This document shows positions 59,484 through 64,000 of a DNA stretch of 64,000 nucleotides, piece after piece (within the stretch, counting starts at the first letter, position 1; the number at the start of each line of letters is the position of its first letter). The notes beneath the pieces are model-generated. The model made no database searches. It had not been told where the DNA came from and saw only the letters and a program-made list of their open reading frames with translations. The translations under genes and the position numbers were made by a program. Origin of the DNA: Escherichia coli (GTDB lineage: Bacteria; Pseudomonadota; Gammaproteobacteria; Enterobacterales; Enterobacteriaceae); assembly GCF_044324785.1 (NCBI RefSeq), contig NZ_CP172127.1; one strand, 5' to 3'.

Positions 59484-60231
59484 GAGCAATTACTCCCAAA
59501 AAAAGATGATACGTCAGAGGATATCGCCCCTGTTGTTGCGGCCAAGCCAGTTGTAATCGCTGCAACTGCGAACGCGTTAATATTCGCGGGTCGCGCCCTT
59601 CATGAAGATGCGTGGCACCGATGCCTTTCAGCGAACGCATGGCACTGAGCGCATCAGCAAACCACAGCGTGATGGGCTGAATATGATGTTGATAATCCAC
59701 GCCGTTCAGCGACTGTTCGATTTCATCTGGCGGTAAAAAGCGATTAGCATGCGGGCGCTCGTCCACCGCCTGCCACGCCTGATGTAATTCAGGGAGCGAT
59801 CCCTGCACCAGCGTGGTAAACGCGACCACGCCTCCGGGGCGCACCACCCGATACAGCTCGCGAAGTGCCGTGGATAAATTACCGCACCACTGTACCGCGA
59901 GATTGCTCCATGCAAGATCGAAGGTTGCAGTCGCTAACGGCAGGGATTCGATATCTCCCGCCAGATAATGGTCTGCGGCATCCTTCTGGCGAGCCTGAAC
60001 AAGCATTGGCGGCGAGAGATCTAACGCCGTCACCTGCGCGTGACGTTCCCGCCAATGGCGGCTCATCCAGCCAGGTCCACAACCCGCGTCCAGTACGTGG
60101 GTGTATTTACGCTGTGGGAGCATTGCCAGTAAGACGTCAGCACTCTGGCGCTGTAACTCTGCGTGTTGCTCATAGTGCGCGGCTGCCCGACCAAATGCCG
60201 CTGCAATGGCTTGTTTATTAACCGTTGCCAT
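59476..60231 (-). CDS. bioC: Malonyl-ACP O-methyltransferase
   Basis: [24 protein letters not shown]... with SAM motif LDAGCGPG. Start trimmed from 60270. Confidence 0.93.
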   Translation of the reverse strand: MATVNKQAIAAAFGRAAAHYEQHAELQRQSADVLLAMLPQRKYTHVLDAGCGPGWMSRHWRERHAQVTALDLSPPMLVQARQKDAADHYLAGDIESLPLATATFDLAWSNLAVQWCGNLSTALRELYRVVRPGGVVAFTTLVQGSLPELHQAWQAVDERPHANRFLPPDEIEQSLNGVDYQHHIQPITLWFADALSAMRSLKGIGATHLHEGRDPRILTRSQLQRLQLAWPQQQGRYPLTYHLFLGVIARE

Positions 60232-61372
60232 GCAGCACCTCCAGCAGACGGTCGATATCCTGCATTTCATGCGCGGCGGTTAGTGTCAAGCGCAGTCGCG
60301 CAGTACCAGCGGGTACGGTTGGCGGGCGAATCGCCGTGACCCAGCAGCCTTGCTGGCGCAGTTTTTCTGCCAGTTGTAACGCACGGCTGTTATCACCGAC
60401 GATCAATGGCTGGATGGCGCTGCATGAATCAGCCAGCGTAAACGGCAAATCCTGTACTCCGGCACGAAAACGCGCAATGAGTGACACCAGTTTTTCGCGC
60501 CGTGCATCACCCTCATCACAGCGAATGACCGCCAGCGACGCACGTAATGCCTGCGCCTGAGCGGGCGGCATACTGGTGCTGTAGATAAGATGGCGGGCGA
60601 ATTGCAGCAGATAATCCGCCACCGTACTGGAGCAAAGCACCGCTGCCCCGCTGACGCCAAATCCTTTGCCAAAAGTCACCACCAGCAATTCTGGTTTTAC
60701 CTTTTGCAGCCAGCAGCTGCCACGCCCCTGCTCCCCGATAACGCCCGTGCCGTGGGCATCATCAACCATCAACCAGCCATTGTGCTGTTGCGTTACCTGC
60801 TGGATTTCCGCCAGTGGCGCACTATCGCCGTCCATGCTGAACACGCCTTCTGTCACCACCAGTTGCTGCCCCGGACAGGGGGAAGCAAGCAGTCGCGCCA
60901 GATGAGCGACATCGTTATGGGTAAAACGTCGAAGCTGCGACGGGCTTAAACTGGCAGCCTCCAGCAATGAGGCATGGCTAAGCCGGTCGGCAACAATACG
61001 GTCCTCTTTCGCCATCATCGCGGCAATGACTGCCTGATTAGCGGCAAAACCAGAGATAAACAGCAGTGCCCGCGAATAGCCCAGCCACTCGGCCAGTTCT
61101 TCTTCCAGCGCCTGATGTGCCACGCTATAACCGCTGACGTGACCGGAACCGCCGCTACCGACGCCAAATTGCTCCGCTCCCTGCTTCCATGCACGAATGA
61201 TGTCCGGATGATGGCTTAAGCCGAGGTAATCATTGCTGGAAAAGTTCAGATACTGGCGATCATCCGCCACCAGCCAGCGTCCGGCCCCTTGCGCCACTGG
61301 ATAACGGCGACGCAGGGCATCGGCAGCACGCCGCGCATCGAGCGCCGCGTTGATTTTCTCCTGCCAGCTCAT
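60218..61372 (-). CDS. bioF: 8-amino-7-oxononanoate synthase
   Basis: 384-aa PLP enzyme recognised as BioF. Confidence 0.93.
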   Translation of the reverse strand: MSWQEKINAALDARRAADALRRRYPVAQGAGRWLVADDRQYLNFSSNDYLGLSHHPDIIRAWKQGAEQFGVGSGGSGHVSGYSVAHQALEEELAEWLGYSRALLFISGFAANQAVIAAMMAKEDRIVADRLSHASLLEAASLSPSQLRRFTHNDVAHLARLLASPCPGQQLVVTEGVFSMDGDSAPLAEIQQVTQQHNGWLMVDDAHGTGVIGEQGRGSCWLQKVKPELLVVTFGKGFGVSGAAVLCSSTVADYLLQFARHLIYSTSMPPAQAQALRASLAVIRCDEGDARREKLVSLIARFRAGVQDLPFTLADSCSAIQPLIVGDNSRALQLAEKLRQQGCWVTAIRPPTVPAGTARLRLTLTAAHEMQDIDRLLEVLHGNG

Positions 61373-62409
61373 AGTGCTGCCGCGTTGTAATATTCGTCAG
61401 TGTCCGGGGTCATCAGTGCCTGCTCCAGACGCTGCTGTTGTTCGTTATCCCCTGCCAGCACGGCAGTTTGCTGCGGATTTAGCCCCAGTTTGCGGAACAG
61501 TTGCAGGTCTTTATCTTCTTCCGGATTCGGCGTGGTTAGCAGTTTGCAACCGTAGAAAATTGAGTTAGCCCCGGCCATAAAGCACATCGCCTGAGTCTGT
61601 TCATTCATCTGCTCGCGTCCGGCAGAAAGGCGCACGTATGAGGTCGGCATCATGATCCGCGCTACGGCAATGGTGCGAATAAAATCAAAGGCATCGACAT
61701 CATCGTTATCCGCCAGTGGAGTGCCTTTCACCTTCACCAGCATGTTGATTGGCACGCTTTCCGGCGGCGTCGGCAGGTTTGCCAGTTGCAGTAATAATCC
61801 GGCGCGATCTTTCACCGTTTCGCCTAAGCCCACAATGCCACCTGAGCAGACTTTGATCCCGGCATCGCGCACTTTTTCCAGCGTATCAAGGCGTTCCTGA
61901 TAAGTGCGTGTGGTGATGATATTGCCGTAAAACTCCGGCGAGGTGTCGAGGTTGTGGTTGTAGTAATCCAGCCCGGCGTTCGCAAGGCGCTGCGCCTGAG
62001 ATTCACTCAACGTACCCAGCGTCATACACGCCTCCAGCCCCATCGCTTTTACTCCCTGCACCATTTGTTCCAGGTAGGGCATATCGCGTTCGTGGGGATT
62101 CTTCCACGCCGCGCCCATACAGAAACGTGTTGATCCCGCCGCTTTCGCTTTGCGCGCCGACTCCAGCACCTGTTCAACTTCCATCAGCCGCTCGGCTTCC
62201 AGCCCGGTTTTATAGCGCGAGCTTTGCGGGCAATATTTGCAATCTTCCGGACAAGCTCCGGTTTTAATCGACAGCAAAGTGCTGACCTGCACCTGACGTG
62301 GATCGAAATGCTGACGATGCACCTGCTGCGCTTCAAACAGCAGATCCAGCAACGGTTTTTCAAATAATTCTGTGACTTGCGACAATGTCCAGCGTGGGCG
62401 GTGAGCCAT
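61369..62409 (-). CDS. bioB: Biotin synthase (radical SAM)
   Basis: 346 aa with the [10 protein letters not shown] motif. Recognised as BioB. Confidence 0.95.
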   Translation of the reverse strand: MAHRPRWTLSQVTELFEKPLLDLLFEAQQVHRQHFDPRQVQVSTLLSIKTGACPEDCKYCPQSSRYKTGLEAERLMEVEQVLESARKAKAAGSTRFCMGAAWKNPHERDMPYLEQMVQGVKAMGLEACMTLGTLSESQAQRLANAGLDYYNHNLDTSPEFYGNIITTRTYQERLDTLEKVRDAGIKVCSGGIVGLGETVKDRAGLLLQLANLPTPPESVPINMLVKVKGTPLADNDDVDAFDFIRTIAVARIMMPTSYVRLSAGREQMNEQTQAMCFMAGANSIFYGCKLLTTPNPEEDKDLQLFRKLGLNPQQTAVLAGDNEQQQRLEQALMTPDTDEYYNAAAL

Positions 62410-62454
62410 GGGGCTTCTCCAAAACGTGTTTTTTGTTGTTAATTCGGTGTAGAC

Positions 62455-62489
62455 TCGTAAACCTAAATCTTTTCAATTTGGTTTACAAG
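62455..62489. promoter_or_regulatory. bio operator (BirA binding site) within the divergent bioA / bioBFCD promoters
   Basis: The inverted repeat TCGTAAACC-N16-GGTTTACAA lies between bioB and bioA. The left arm carries C where perfect symmetry requires T. Confidence 0.8.
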
Positions 62490-62495
62490 TCGATT

Positions 62496-63785
62496 ATGAC
62501 AACGGACGATCTTGCCTTTGACCAACGCCATATCTGGCACCCATACACATCCATGACCTCCCCGCTACCGGTTTATCCGGTGGCGAGCGCCGAAGGTTGC
62601 GAGCTAATTTTGTCTGACGGCAGACGCCTGGTTGACGGTATGTCGTCCTGGTGGGCGGCGATCCACGGTTACAATCACCCGCAGCTTAATGCGGCGATGA
62701 AGTCGCAAATTGATGCCATGTCGCATGTGATGTTTGGCGGTATCACCCATGCGCCAGCCATTGAGCTGTGCCGCAAACTGGTGGCAATGACGCCGCAACC
62801 GCTGGAATGCGTTTTTCTCGCGGACTCCGGTTCCGTAGCGGTGGAAGTGGCGATGAAAATGGCGTTGCAGTACTGGCAAGCCAAAGGCGAAGCGCGCCAG
62901 CGTTTTCTGACCTTCCGCAATGGTTATCATGGCGATACCTTTGGCGCGATGTCGGTGTGCGATCCGGATAACTCAATGCACAGTCTGTGGAAAGGCTATC
63001 TGCCAGAAAACTTGTTTGCTCCCGCCCCGCAAAGCCGCATGGATGGTGAATGGGATGAGCGCGATATGGTGGGCTTTGCCCGCCTGATGGCGGCGCATCG
63101 TCATGAAATCGCGGCGGTGATCATTGAACCGATTGTCCAGGGCGCAGGCGGGATGCGCATCTACCATCCGGAATGGTTAAAACGAATCCGCAAAATGTGC
63201 GATCGCGAAGGTATCTTGCTGATTGCCGACGAGATCGCCACTGGATTTGGTCGTACCGGCAAACTGTTTGCCTGTGAACATGCAGATATCGCGCCGGACA
63301 TTTTGTGCCTCGGTAAAGCCTTAACCGGCGGTACAATGACCCTTTCCGCCACACTCACCACGCGCGAGGTTGCGGAAACCATCAGCAACGGCGAAGCCGG
63401 TTGCTTTATGCATGGGCCAACTTTTATGGGCAATCCGCTGGCCTGCGCGGCAGCAAACGCCAGCCTGGCGATTCTCGAATCTGGCGACTGGCAGCATCAG
63501 GTGGCGGCTATTGAAGTACAACTGCGCGAGCAACTTGCCCCCGCCTGTGACGCCAAAATGGTTGCCGATGTGCGCGTACTGGGGGCAATCGGCGTGGTCG
63601 AAACCACTCGTCCGGTGAATATGGCAGCGCTGCAAAAATTCTTTGTCGAACAAGGTGTCTGGATCCGGCCTTTTGGCAAACTGATTTACCTGATGCCGCC
63701 CTATATTATTCTCCCGCAACAGTTGCAGCGTCTGACCGCAGCGGTTAATCGTGCGGTGCAGGATGAAACATTTTTTTGCCAATAA
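62496..63785 (+). CDS. bioA: Adenosylmethionine-8-amino-7-oxononanoate aminotransferase
   Basis: [29 protein letters not shown]... recognised as BioA. Start trimmed from 62385. Confidence 0.95.
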   Translation: MTTDDLAFDQRHIWHPYTSMTSPLPVYPVASAEGCELILSDGRRLVDGMSSWWAAIHGYNHPQLNAAMKSQIDAMSHVMFGGITHAPAIELCRKLVAMTPQPLECVFLADSGSVAVEVAMKMALQYWQAKGEARQRFLTFRNGYHGDTFGAMSVCDPDNSMHSLWKGYLPENLFAPAPQSRMDGEWDERDMVGFARLMAAHRHEIAAVIIEPIVQGAGGMRIYHPEWLKRIRKMCDREGILLIADEIATGFGRTGKLFACEHADIAPDILCLGKALTGGTMTLSATLTTREVAETISNGEAGCFMHGPTFMGNPLACAAANASLAILESGDWQHQVAAIEVQLREQLAPACDAKMVADVRVLGAIGVVETTRPVNMAALQKFFVEQGVWIRPFGKLIYLMPPYIILPQQLQRLTAAVNRAVQDETFFCQ

Positions 63786-63843
63786 CGGGAAGTCAGCGTG
63801 AGGGTTTCTGGCTACACTTTCTGCAAACTAGAAAGGAGGGTTC

Positions 63844-64000
63844 ATGAAACTCATCAGTAATGATCTGCGCGATGGCGATAAGTTGCCGCATCGTCATGTC
63901 TTTAACGGCATGGGTTACGATGGCGATAATATTTCACCGCATCTGGCGTGGGATGATGTTCCTGCGGGAACGAAAAGTTTTGTCGTCACCTGCTACGACC
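63844..64000 (+). CDS. ybhB: PEBP/YbhB-family protein, 5' part (runs off the window)
   Basis: Manual translation from the ATG at 63844 gives MKLISNDLRDGDKLPHRHVFNGMGYDGDNISPHLAWDDVPAGTKSFVVTCYD..., with GGAGGG 6 nt upstream. Confidence 0.85.
   Translation, partial: MKLISNDLRDGDKLPHRHVFNGMGYDGDNISPHLAWDDVPAGTKSFVVTCYD

Overview
This window reads as an Escherichia coli chromosomal segment. It is collinear, in reverse orientation, with the K-12 region moeB-fsaA-ybiYWVU-ybiT-ldtB-ybiR-mntR/mntS-opgE-ompX-rhtA-dps-glnHPQ-ybiO-rlmF-mcbA-fiu-ybiXIJ-hcxB-ybiB-dinG-rhlE-cecR-ybhGFSR-ybhQ-ybhP-clsB-ybhN-(ybhM)-ybhL-moaABCDE-ybhK-uvrB-bioBFCD/bioA-ybhB. I identified genes by translating the supplied ORFs and recognising the proteins and gene order from memory. 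No database search was run. Where the ORF track started upstream of the start I recognise, I trimmed the coordinates. Four places depart from the backbone as I remember it. (1) A roughly 5.2 kb LacI-regulator / ExuT-like MFS / GH31 glycosidase island lies between ybiU and ybiT. (2) An IS200 copy fills the whole gap between the ybiJ terminator and the hcxB stop codon. (3) A ParE/RelE-type toxin and an unusually long two-part antitoxin, with a 22-bp tandem repeat in their promoter, occupy the dinG-rhlE slot where I expect ybiA. (4) A 1,763-bp IS605-type element with divergent tnpA and an apparently intact tnpB splits ybhM cleanly; its predicted omega-RNA guide matches the flank. I also see a 13-16 nt palindromic box shared by the fsaA/ybiY, ybiV and ybiU upstream regions, and a one-base asymmetry in the bio operator. 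I found no rRNA, tRNA or CRISPR array. Nothing here is demonstrably a wholly new system; the toxin-antitoxin module, the GH31 island and the TnpB element are the best candidates for follow-up.
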